A stretch of DNA of 64,000 bases, taken from assembly GCF_009914755.1 (NCBI RefSeq), contig NC_060929.1; one strand, given 5' to 3'. This DNA is from the human T2T-CHM13v2.0 reference genome, Homo sapiens. A program made the translations under genes and the position numbers. The notes below the pieces were generated by a model. The model saw only the letters and a program-made list of their open reading frames with translations. It ran no database searches and was not told the origin of the DNA. Below, piece by piece: positions 29,164-42,329 of the stretch (position 1 is its first letter; every line of letters starts with the position of its first letter).

Positions 29164-29916
29164 TGTTATACCATTCTAGGACCTTTCTTTACTCCATAGG
29201 AATTACCTTTAGGTGGCTTACATGTATGCAGGCATACAGGTTATTTTTGACCCATAAATATACACTTGAACTAATAAAATACAAAAGCCTAATAAACAGT
29301 TTGGTATGGATTCATACTCTGCCCTTAGTTTCTCCCATCTTGTTCAAAAAGTTAATATTGGCATAGAGATAAGAAGTGACTCCAGGCCAGGCACAGTGGC
29401 TCACGCCTGATTATGAGACAAGGGCAATTATAGTTGTATGATAAATCTCAAAGAAGAAACTACAAAAGTCTCGTATTTCAAGGGACATTTGATTAACTAG
29501 ATAAGGACATTCCTAAACTTGTAAAGTTCTAGTATAAATAGCTCAAAAGTACAATAATTCTTGTAAGTTTATGCTCTGGTGGAGACAGAAAGGATATTAG
29601 GGGTTAATAAAAGGGTTCTAAGAAACCACGTGCTTGAAAATAATTGCCTGATTTTTGTTTAGAAGCCGAAACACACCATATCCACTTAAACAAAAATAGC
29701 TTAAGAGATTTCCCGCTGAGCTTTTAAGAATTAGTTCCCTAAACATCTAGCCTGGAGTTGCGGATTACTGCAGGGCTTTGTCTAATATTAACAAATGAAA
29801 TGTTCATTCTCTTCTATTATAAACCAATTTTCTGTTCAAATAAATTTTAAATGTGTTCATTCCACTTCTTTCCTTGTCATCCCTGCCCATAATAATTTTT
29901 CTCTTTTTTCTTACAG

Positions 29917-30010
29917 ACAGGCAGCACCATCTGGCCTGAGGTCACAAGTACAATTCAATGTGGAGGTTCTCTGTCAAGAGCTTACAGCTAACATAGTGAA
30001 ATTAGAAAAG
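29917..30010 (+). CDS. GRAMD2B: GRAMD2B exon 13 (QAAPSGLRSQVQFNVEVLCQELTANIVKLEK)
   Basis: Long pyrimidine tract, acceptor ttacag|A, donor AAG|gtgacc; 94 nt. Confidence 0.92.
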
Positions 30011-32757
30011 GTGACCTATTTCTTTCCTGTGTATGGGGGCAGTCACAGTAGTGCCTGTTGGTTGCCCTAGGTCAGGTCAGGGATTACACACTCAGACGCC
30101 GTTAGTGTGCCGCAATAAACCTACATGATCAACCCTGGCTAGGGGCTTTTTATAGTAAATGTGGAAGAATATTTTTTATTTCCACAAAGAAATAGGTCTT
30201 AATCTCATTTTCCTTGAAATACATAGTCTTGTAGGTCTTTTGTTTTTCCTCCTTGATTAGACATATTACTTAATAGCACAGGGCCCAGTGGTAAGTGACC
30301 ACTGACATCGGAGCTTAATGTAGGGACATAGTAGGGAGTGAACTGGAGACCAACCACTGGCTTGGCCAGAAAGTACAGCCCCAACTCCACCAAGGCTGAC
30401 TGTTCCCATAGGTAAAATATTGCATGTAAGTCCTATTAGAACCATGGAAGATAGACGTCATTGTTCCCTATCTGATAGGGGAAGAATCAAGAGTTTCAAA
30501 TTAGGTTGCTGAAGGTGACACACCTAGAAAGGCAGCAGACGTGAGTCTGCTGAGAGAGCATTAGAAGAAAAATACATAAATAAAGTCAGCAGATCTGGAA
30601 CCTGAACCAGGCCTGTCTGACTGCAAAGTTGTGCTTAGAAGCTCTCTGCTTTACTGTTCCTCAGAATTCAGCTTTAGGCTTTGTTGATAAGGCCACAGAT
30701 GTACCTTTACCTCAAAGTATCTACAGTCCAAACAACGCTAGGGCAAATCTGTCCTTAGCCTGTGGCATTCTTAGAAGGCAGCAGGAGGGTGAGCTGGAGA
30801 AGAAGATAGGCATGCCAGAAATATCCCAGAAATAAACCTGATTTACATGTCTTATTTTCTTCTCCTTTATCTGATAACTACTTTGTTTTTACCCTAATCC
30901 TTCAGGAAAGGCTTAGAGAGAAGAATTCAGTGTTCAATTACAACTGCTGTCACAAACGCCCAGTATCTGGTAGCTTTACATCATAGTACAGTTATGCTTA
31001 CTTGGGAAGACATATTTCTTCATATTAAATACAAATTAGTAAAATTTCATATTAAATACAAATGAATAAAATTATCTTTGTTTTCCTACACTCAGTGTTA
31101 GTTAGTATTTAACAGCTAAAGTATTAAGAGCAAAGGAGTTTCCAAACTTATGTTCTAAACCAAGTCAGGTCAGAGAATTCATATTAAATCATTCTATTTA
31201 TGGGCAAATGTAGAAAGTTCTTTACATCGAGAATCAACCTAGAGAAGGTATGGGTTAGCTTTCTTCCTTTCTAAAACATTAGTTTCTGAGAATTGAAGAT
31301 AAACGATTTTTTTTAATGAAATGCTTACAAATGTTTGGCTTTCATGCAACCCAGAGAATGGAGTGGTATTAATTTTCAATTTTGTTCACTCTTACATACC
31401 AGTGATATTCTTTGGATTAGAAACACATGGGATCCTGCCGCCTTCTTTTGTGTTTCTTCCCACTCTCCCGCTGGCCTGGCCGGGACACCACATTCTGTAA
31501 CCAGGGAACTGAAAACAGAAGAGCTTGTTCACAGCAGGCAAACAGCCTCAGGTCTTGTGCAGGGTTCAGACAGCTTAGCAGGGAGGCCGGGGAGGTTTAC
31601 AGGAGCACCAGTGGAGACCACCTTTGTCTCAAAGCAGAAACTGATTCAGTAAAAAGTGGATTTGGGGTCAAAATGCGCGTGTTGATGTTCTAAAAAGTTA
31701 GAAGTTGCACACATTGCTCAAAAGAATCTAAGTATTAAAAAAGAGGTACCAGGCCACACCCGTGCTCTTTTTGATTCATCTGCACCTTTCCTCAGAGGCA
31801 GCTGGGCACTAGCGCAGCACAGCCTGCCGGTGAAATAGCAGCTCCATGCTGTTGAAGGTCTTATACTCCATACCAGCAATTCCTTCTTCTCACCTTCGGG
31901 GGCCGGTGATGTCTAAGCCTCATGATCTTTCTCTGCTTATAACTTCCCTATTTCTGTTCATGGCATCACTGCTCTTTCAGTCATCCTCATTGGAAATCTA
32001 AGAATAATTTTTAACTCCCTCTTTCCACCTGCCACTGGTTGACTAGTTGGCAAATCCAGTGAAGTCTGTCTTCAAATGTCTCCTCAAAGTTTCTTCCCAC
32101 AGGTACCATCCTAGTCCATTCAGCCTTCCCACTACCAGTCAGATAGTGTGAAGCTGGATCTCATTGTGGTTTTTGCTTGTATTTTCCTAATTATTACTGA
32201 GGCTGAACATCTCATACATTTACTGGCCATTTGGGTTTTCCTCTGTAAATTGCTTAATTCTCTCCTTTGTTTTAATTTTGGGTTTTGTGTGTGTGTCATC
32301 GTAGGTGTGTTTTGTGGATTTGGGATGTCAGTTCTTTGTTTTATTCCTTTTTCTACCTCCCACTCCTGTTTTTCCATTTATCTTTGGTCCTGAGGGATAC
32401 ATGAGGAAGAAACAAAGCAAGAAAGTTGGGGAAGAAAGCAATGTCTCTTACAGGAACTGAAGTAAACACTTATTTTCTTAGTTCTGGAAGTGGAATTAAT
32501 GGTGGAACAGTATAGTAGAAAGAGCATAAATGTTGGAGTCAGGCCTTTGTTCTTATCCCTGCTCCACTGCTTACTACCCACATAACTCATCCTGCTACTT
32601 CAGCTCCCTGGCCCTTGGTTTCATGTGTAAAGCCTGTCTTTGTGTGGTGTTGTATGGCTCAGGAGCAGGCATGCCTTTGCTGGCACTTACATATCAGATC
32701 CCCTTCCTCCTCACTCACCTGAGAACACCCATAGGACATCACAGACTGTTCCTCTAA

Positions 32758-33310
<553 letters not shown>

Positions 33311-33558
33311 TAATTGGAGTAACAGGAGTGTTAAACATTATTACGTGGCATTTTTCTGATTAAAACCATCAAATGGGTTGTGTAAAGACCAATTTCCCAT
33401 TGTCTTCTAATGCATTTGGGTCACACTGGTGTTGCCAGTTCCTTGTTCTTTTTCTTCCATCTCATTTATCTCAGTCTCTACTGACATTTTCATCTTTCTG
33501 CCATTCTCTCTTTTTTTTTTTTTAAGCCCTGTATTTCCTCATTTTAAAGTGGATTGTC

Positions 33559-33850
33559 AGCTGGACATGGTGGCTCACACCTGTAATCTCAACACTTTGG
33601 GAGGCTGAGACAGGAGGATCACTTGAGCCCAGGAGTTCTAGATCAGCCTGAGAAACATGATGAAACTCCATGTATGCAAAAAGTGCAAAAATTAGCCAGG
33701 CATGATGGTGCACGCCTGAAGTCCCAGCTACTTGGGAGGCTGAGGTGGGAGGATCACTTGAGCCCAGGAAGTCAGGGCTGCAGTGAACCATGATCACGTC
33801 ACTGCATTCCAGCCTGGGTGACAGAGCGAGACCCTTTCTTTTTCCCAAAG
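33559..33850 (+). mobile_element. AluJ-like
   Basis: Dimer; TSD aaagtggattgtc. Confidence 0.88.
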
Positions 33851-34034
33851 AAAAAGTGGATTGTCAGAGTTCTAGTCTATGAAAAAGCATCTATTTGCCT
33901 CACCTAAATTTAACCCTTTTGTAGCTTTTTATTCAAAGTGGAATAATATAGAATGCTATATAGACTATAACAAATATGCCCTTAATATACTCCATTCTAT
34001 TTAATAATAGGAACTTCTTTTCTTTTATTTCAAG

Positions 34035-34076
34035 ATACAAAATAACTTACAGAAGTTGCTTGAGAATGGTGACTGA
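34035..34076 (+). CDS. GRAMD2B: GRAMD2B last exon, coding part (IQNNLQKLLENGD*)
   Basis: Acceptor tatttcaag|ATA; TGA at 34074-34076; in frame with exon 13, heptad-like C-terminal helix. Confidence 0.92.
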   Translation: MQNNLQKLLENGD

Positions 34077-35275
34077 TCGACCAGATTGCTTGGGCCATCG
34101 GAATACCTCATGTTTCCCTTTGAAGAAGGTGCTTCCTGAGGCGTTTTGTTTGAGTGCACCCTGCTGGTCAGAGGTGCAAGCAGATGAGAATCCAGACATT
34201 GCATGTGGAGGTCTCCAGCTCAGGAAAGTGGGGAGGGAAATAATTTTGGTTCTTGTGCAATAAAAGTTGACCTTGACTCTCTGAGGAAGATTTTGCTGCT
34301 TTTGCCTGAAGAAAACAGACCCATCTCTGGAGGTCTCAGGAAGGGCCCAGCGAACACACTCTCTTGGATAATTACCACGATGGCGTCAGCAAACACTCCA
34401 CCCTGTGCCTTTTTAGTCCTTCCCGCCCTCCTGCCTCTCCCTTACACCCCTCTTAACGACTTTCAAACTAAAGGATACATCATATACTGACAAACTCAAT
34501 GTGGTCCTTTCAAGAATTAGCCATGAGTCTCAAAAAGGCAATAAATGGCTCTAAGTGGACAGGTTTGCTTCAAACAAGTAACATCTACATTTTGTCTTTT
34601 TTTTTTCAGTTCTCCTGTTATGTTCTGGTTGAAATCACCTGTGTGTCTTAATTTCTCAATTCCTTTTTGGCAAGAATATCAAGCAAGGTGAATTTAACAT
34701 TATGTTTATGTTTTGTTTTGTTGCTGTAACTAATAGTTAATTGGACTGATTCTTACCCAGCCCTGGTCAAGAATCTGTGAGGCATGTGACTGAAGTACTA
34801 AATTAAACTTATTTTGAAACCAAACCTAATTTTTAAGCCAAAAGGTGTAATAGTGATTTAATACAGGATGAAAAACACTGAATTTTTAAGACTGTAGGTG
34901 GACTATGTTAGTAGTTTTCAAGCAGGATGTCTGTATTCAGCATTCAATAATGCTAAAATCCCTTTCAGCATGAAATTTGTATGTTTTTATCCTTTGCTGA
35001 CTAAAATAAAATAACTGGTGGTTTGCTAACTATTTACCATATGGGTTGGCTGGTTTTTATTAATAATTGTTTAGGGTATCATAAGATCTGTAAGTACAAA
35101 GGATATTCTGTTTCTATCTGCAATGCATTTGATAATCATTTCTATGAAATGTATTTTATTTAATCAGATAAGCTAATAAGCGAATTGGTTACATCGTTTG
35201 TATCTGTTGGCCTAGTGGACAGCTGTGCCTGGTGCACCTCTGGCTTTTAATAAATACTCATTGGTTGAAACACCC
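34077..35275 (+). other. GRAMD2B: GRAMD2B 3' UTR with several polyadenylation signals
   Basis: Repeat-free stretch after the stop; AATAAA at 34259, 34540, 35005 and 35249, ATTAAA at 34802; the true 3' end cannot be fixed from sequence alone. Confidence 0.7.
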
Positions 35276-35636
35276 TGCTAACACTGTGTTTTGTCAGTTC
35301 GTAAATTCCTTTAACCAAGACTTAACTATGCTTTTTAACTCTTTTTCCACCTGCCATCTACTACTACCAACTCACTTATACTTCCTTCCTCCCAAGTAAT
35401 CATTTCAAAACTAAAAAAGGATTTAAGTTCTTGGGTTACAACGGTTTAAAGGAAAGAAAATGAACTTTGAAGTCAAAAAAAAAAGAAAAAAAAAAAAGAC
35501 AATGCTTCATTCCTCAGTCCACATTTATGAGTTATGTGACCTTTAGCAAAATATTTGGCCATATCCCCCCATTTTATTGATGAGGTTGAAAGTACCAGTA
35601 AAAAGTATCAGTGTGAGGATTAAATGTGATAATGTC

Positions 35637-36162
<526 letters not shown>

Positions 36163-36564
36163 TTTATGTCTGACATTACAGTTTTATTAAAGTTCAGTGT
36201 CAGCACTTTCTATTCAAAACCCATTAGTGATTCAAGAGTGGGTCAGCCACCTCTGGAGAACAACTTTATAACCATATCAAGAGCTTTAAAAAGCCTCAGA
36301 TTTCACTCAGTTTTAGTAATCTGCCATCTAGGAATTTATCCTAAAGCAACAATCAGAAGTATAGTAAAGTTTATATACAAGAATATTCTTTGAAACCTCT
36401 GACAGCAAAATATTAGAGAGTCTAAATATTCAATAGAAGAACAGTTAAATGATGCAGTTATTTAAAATTGCATTGTCAAAGAAAGGCATAGAAAATATCG
36501 AAAATTGCATTAAAAGACATAAAACTATAGGGTATGATCCCAACTTTAAGAAGAAAACCCTCAA

Positions 36565-36595
<31 letters not shown>

Positions 36596-36614
36596 GCATA
36601 CATACATACACACA
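36565..36614 (+). repeat. Compound (TG)n(TA)n(CATA)n microsatellite in an old L1 fragment
   Basis: Directly visible. Confidence 0.85.
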
Positions 36615-37359
36615 GAAGCCCACACACCTTTTCTGTATCCTACAGGTTTTGTATAATGAAGTCATTACCTTTTTTTAATCAGATAAGTTAATTTACAAGA
36701 TTAGGTGGCTCTCTGCAAGGAATCAGAACTCACAACTCCCACCCCCCACAACATGGCTGCTAGTTCTTTAACTGAAACTTTATTTTCCATCAACCACTAC
36801 AGTTGACTCATCCAGAGCGAAAGACAGCTCCACCATTCCTAGGTTTAGTTATTGTTTCTTTGCGGATACTATTGTTTGTTTGGTTTTCCTTTACTAGCTT
36901 CCAAGTGAAAATCTGGTGCAGCTAGATCCGAATGGTGAAATCCAGGTTATAAGCCTGCATACTAACTACAAAGCGAGGGAAAGCAAGCATCTGGGATTTT
37001 TACGCCTCTACCAACTAGGTTATAAATGGGAATTCTAACATGGGGTTTCAGATGCTGAATGGCCAAAGTAATAGCAAATGTCCACAATATATTTGGCCCT
37101 TCAAAACGTGTAATCTTAAAAAGATTATCAGTTGTAATACTATTTCTATGCACTCTAATATTTTATAATATAATTAAATACATACTATTTTGGTGAATAG
37201 AAATTACCAATCTTCCATAAGCTGGAAATGCTATTATTATTATTGTTGCCCTCTCAAACTTTGTAAACATTTAAGATACCTTCCTATATATACTCCACAA
37301 TACTCCAAAGCATTTCCCAGGTATTCATTTATGCAATTCCTTGAAACCAACCAAGATAC

Positions 37360-37627
37360 TTTTTTTTTTTTTTTTCAGATAGGGTCTCACTCTATCATCG
37401 CCCAGGCTGGAGTACAGTGGCGCAATCTCGGCTCACTGGAACCTCTACCTCCCAACCTATCCTCTCGCCTCAGCCTCCCAAGTAGCTGGGACTACAGGTG
37501 CACACCACCACACCCAGCTAATTTTTTGTATTTTTAGTAGAGACAGGTTTTTCCATGTTGCCCAGGCTGGTGTTGAACTCCTGGGCTCAAACAATCCACC
37601 TACAAACGTGAGCCACCTCGCCCAGCC
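37360..37627 (-). mobile_element. Alu with internal deletions
   Basis: Poly-T then antisense Alu. Confidence 0.85.
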
Positions 37628-38344
37628 CAGAGACATTTTTTAAATGCCTTTTCCTTGCCTTACACAATTTCATAAATTCATGGAGTCAGGCCAAAACAAA
37701 AATTCTGACTTAAATATGAGTTATCTTTTATGCTATTTTGATTTGTATATCCTAACAATAGTAAAATTCAGGTGATGCTTTCTTATTTTTTTGTTTCTGG
37801 TGATCTAAAGGATATGGACACTAATGCATTATGGATAGCTCAGGTGATTTTACTCTCAAGCATTTTTTTAAGTCAAAATTCTACACATCAGTAATAGTTA
37901 TACTGCCATTTGAGGTCATAACCTGACCCACTGACAAAGAAGCCCAGTGATATAATATTATTTTCATATGCTTCTTTTACACCTCTCCCTGCTAATTACC
38001 ATCATGTTACCATATTCTTGCCAAAAAAAAAAAAAAAAAACACCAGAGTCGTTACATGAAGTATCTTTGATCACTGAATTTCCAGCACTTCTTTGTTGTG
38101 TCTAGATGCTAAGCCCTTTTCTAATTTGAAAAAAAAAAAACAAAAAACTGGAGACCTGATTCTGTTTATCTCTTGTAGTTTCTCTTATCTCTGTTTCTAA
38201 CCACTCTATGTAGTGCCTCTTTTTTTCTGTCTACACACACACGGAGCATCCACCATACCAATAATCACAGTATGTGGTAATGAAAAGTGGAAGGGAAAAA
38301 TGGCCCTTGCTTCTCACAGACAAACTCACTATCTCAATGGATCA

Positions 38345-38652
38345 TTTTTGTTTTTTTGTTTTGTTTTGTTTTTGAGACAGTCTCACTCTGTTGCGCAGGC
38401 TGGAGTGCAGTAGTGCAATCTTAGCTCACTACAACCTCTGCCCCCGGGTTCAAGCAATTCTCCTGCCTCAGCCTCCTGAGTAGCTGGGATTACGGCACCT
38501 GCCACCATGCCCTGCTAATTTTTGTTTTTTTAGTAGAGATGGGGTTTCACCATGTTGGCCAGGCTGGTCTCGAACTCCTGACCTCAAGTGATCTGCCCGC
38601 CTCGGCCTCCCAAAGTGCTGAAATTACAGGCATGAGCCACAGCGCCCCGCCT
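38345..38652 (-). mobile_element. AluS
   Basis: Antisense dimer; TSD tcaatggatc. Confidence 0.92.
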
Positions 38653-39184
38653 CAATGGATCCTGATGAGCTACGCAAACCATTATTTTTATGTCTTTATG
38701 AATGCCACCAGAAAGTTTCATTTTGTTCTTTCTGAAAACAACCATGATTATAAGATGTCTTCTGAAACACGGAAGTGAGAGAACATGTTGTACAGAGAAG
38801 CATGCATCCCTCTGCCCTGCCACCACTGCACCTATGCTAAGCATATTATAGACAGAAGGATGTCCATCTGCCTATGTAAGCTCTTGCCCGTTTATTCTTG
38901 GGCTCTGTCCAGGCTGTGACCCTATTACTCCTTTGCTCCTTCATTTGAGGACTATGACTGTGAACTGTATTTCTTCCTCTCTGCATCTATATAGGCTACA
39001 GGAGGAAGTAACAAAAATCTTCCCCCACACCCAGAGCTAAATATTTTTTGCCCCAAGCTGAAAGTTCTCTAGTGAAAATGCAGTTCAAGGCCATAGATGC
39101 AGGAGAGAAGTAGATTTGTTGGCTTCTAAAAGGAATATTTGTACAGTTTTGTCTCCTAACAGCATTCTGATTTGTTTTATTTTC

Positions 39185-40052
39185 CATTTTTAATACCTTT
39201 GTTGATGTGTAATTTACATACAGTAAACTACACACTTAATGTATACAATATTATAAGTTTTTATGTACATGTGTACTCGAGAAACCGTCACCACTATCAA
39301 GATAATAAACATCCATCACCCCTTGGAGAAATCACGTTGCAATCCCTCTCTTGTGCCCCTACCTACATTCTCCGTTCTAAGGAACTGCTGATCTTCTTTC
39401 TGTCTCTGTAGATTAGTTTGCATTTTCTAGAATTTTATATAAATGGAGCCATATAATATGTACTCTTTTTTTGGTCTGGATTCTTTCCATCAACATAATT
39501 ATCTTGAGATTTATCCATTTTTTGCATGTTTCAATAGTTTATGCCTTTTTATTGCTCAACAGTATTCCATTGTATGTATATACCACAGACTGTTTATCCA
39601 TTTGCCTGTAGATGGATATTTGGGTTGTTTCTAGTTTTGTTGTTGTTGTTGTTGTTGGTGTTGTTACCAATAAAGCTGCTGTGAACATTTGGCACCAGTC
39701 TTTGGAAGGATATGCACTTTCATTTCTCTTGGGAGTGGAGTTGCTGGGTCATATGGTAAGTATATGTTTAGCTTCAAGGCTGGGCTCAGTGGCTTATGTC
39801 TGTAATCCCAGCACTTTGGGCGGGCAGATTGCTTGAGGTCAGGAGTTTGAGACCAGCCTGGCCAACATGGCAAAACCCCATTTCTACTAAAAATACAAAA
39901 ATTAGCAGGGCATGGTGGCATGCACCTGTAGTCCTAGCCAGTTGCTAGGCTGAGGCACGGGAATCACTTGAACCTGATTGCCAGAGGTTGCAGTGAGCCA
40001 AGAAATCGTGCCATTATACTCCAGCCTGGGCAACAGAGGGAGACTCGGTCTC

Positions 40053-40083
<31 letters not shown>

Positions 40084-40500
40084 TATGTTTAACTTCAGAG
40101 AAAACTGCCAAACTGTTTTTCCAAAGTATAACATTTAACATTTCCACAAGCAGGGTGAGAGCACCAGTTCCTCAACATCCTCACCAACATGTGATATAAT
40201 CAGTCTTTTAAATTTTAGACATAATGATATAGGTGTGTTCTGGTATCTCATTGTAGTTTTAATTTGCATTTTTCTAAAGATTGTTGATGTTGAGCACCTC
40301 TTCATGGACTTATCTGCTATCTGTATATTTTCTTTGGTAAAGGGTCTGTTTAAATCTTTTGCCCATTTTTTACTGGACTATTCTCTAATTATTGAGCTTT
40401 GAAAGTTCTTTATATATTTTGGACTAAAGTCCTTTATCAGATATTCAATTTGCAAATATTTTCTCCCAGACCTTGGCTTGTATTTTTATTCCCTTTATGT
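39185..40500 (-). mobile_element. L1M (MB/MC-like) 3' region interrupted by AluS (39778-40080, +)
   Basis: Antisense L1 phrases (gtattccattgtatgtatataccaca, ggtatctcattgtagttttaatttgcatt); Alu TSD aagtatatgtttaRcttca. Confidence 0.85.
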
Positions 40501-40834
40501 CTTTCGAAGAGAAGTTCTTTCTGATGTTCTATTATGCAAACTCCACCACCTGGCCAACTCCCAGCACCATTTCTGGATCTCTCCCTGGGCTCTGCCTGGG
40601 TTCCCCTCCCTACACTGCAGCCTGAAAGCCCTCAAGGCAGTAAGCCACGCAATCATAGGCTCATCTCCACTATTTTCCTTCTCTCAGGCATCACTGTCCT
40701 TCACTAGCTAATTTCCAGTGTCCTGTACACCATTTGTTTCATATATTTTGTCTGGGTTTTTTGGTTGTTTCAGATAAGAAGTCAAATCTAGCACCTGTTA
40801 CTCCATGTTGAGTGGAGATGGAAGTCCCACATCA

Positions 40835-41400
40835 CAGAAAACTCAACATCCAGAATTGTGAACCAAGTAGAAAAGATTGTTAACTTGGTAACAGAAAAGG
40901 GAAACAGAACACAAAGAAAGCATGGAAGTGGCAAATCTAGGTTTGGGGGAACAAGAGAGAAGTGGTTGAAACTACAACAGTCTAGAAGCTCAGCGGAGGG
41001 GCTTCCTGCAGCTGAAGCTCAGACCTCTGAAGAAGGAGCACAGCCAGGTGGTGTTAAAGTCGCAGAGGAGGCATAATGAGGCTGGTTCTGCAAATGATAG
41101 GGAGACTGCAAACTGGATTCAGCTTACAGAAATAAGCTGCCATTGCCAGACTGACAAACTCACCAGAACAGGAAGAAGTCAAAAAGTTCTTAAGCAGAGA
41201 ACAAGAGCAACCCCTTCTTCCCCTCCAGCCTCACAGGTGCCAGGTCTCTCTCTCTCTCTCTAGTGCCCCCTATTGGCAGAATCTAACAGAGCTACTAGCA
41301 AAATGAAAATAGTTTGAAGATTCAGCATTAGCATCACAAAACAGAATGTAGAAAGGCGGGCTTCAAGCAGAGATAATAACAGCTTAGTTAACTGGCTATT
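40835..41400 (-). mobile_element. ERVL-class LTR (LTR41-like), probable 3' LTR of the adjacent ERVL remnant
   Basis: Contains gtgccccctattggcagaatctaac (recalled LTR41 motif); abuts the antisense polypurine tract aaggggtgggt at ~41401-41412. Confidence 0.55.
41260..41279 (-). promoter_or_regulatory. CTCF motif
   Basis: Minus strand CTGCCAATAGGGGGCACTAG fits the CCANNAGRKGGCRS core. Confidence 0.65.
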
Positions 41401-41462
41401 ACCCACCCCTTTGACTATTCAGCATCCACACACACACCCTTCTACAAATATTTGAACTCTCA

Positions 41463-41762
<300 letters not shown>

Positions 41763-42329
41763 GACATTCTCACATTTTCCTCAAGAAGATATGCAAAGTC
41801 CCAACATTCATTGTATCCATCTCTGGAAGGCAGTCACACTATTCATCTCTCAGCTATATTAGTTATTCTTCAAATTTGGTATAATGCCATCTGAATATTC
41901 TATAGTGTAATGATTAAATTGTAAAGTTAGCCATCAATAAAACTTGTATAAAACACTAAAGGGAAGGAAAAGAGAGAAGAAAATAGCTAACATACATTCA
42001 TTGAGGATCTATATACCATACATACACATGCTTGTGCACACATGTGCACACACACACAAAGCAAGAGAATATGCATAGCCACTATAATTCTTATTTCTGT
42101 AACTCACCACAAAATGTTTCTTCTTCCATCTTTATTCTTCCATTACTCATTTCATCTTTTCTTTGCCCTCAGACAGCTCAGCTTTTCACAATTCTTTACC
42201 TGATAAGGATGACCCAAATCTTTATTCCTGAAGGGTATGGATTCTCAGCGGTCCTGTCTTTTTCTTTCTTTCCTCTCTTTCTTTCTTTTCTTCTTCTTCT
42301 TCTTTTCTTTTCTTCTTCTAGTATTTGGT

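Noticed and set aside
34074-34082. Stop-codon readthrough at the GRAMD2B TGA
   Set aside because: Context is TGA-TCGA, not the TGA-CTAG readthrough motif
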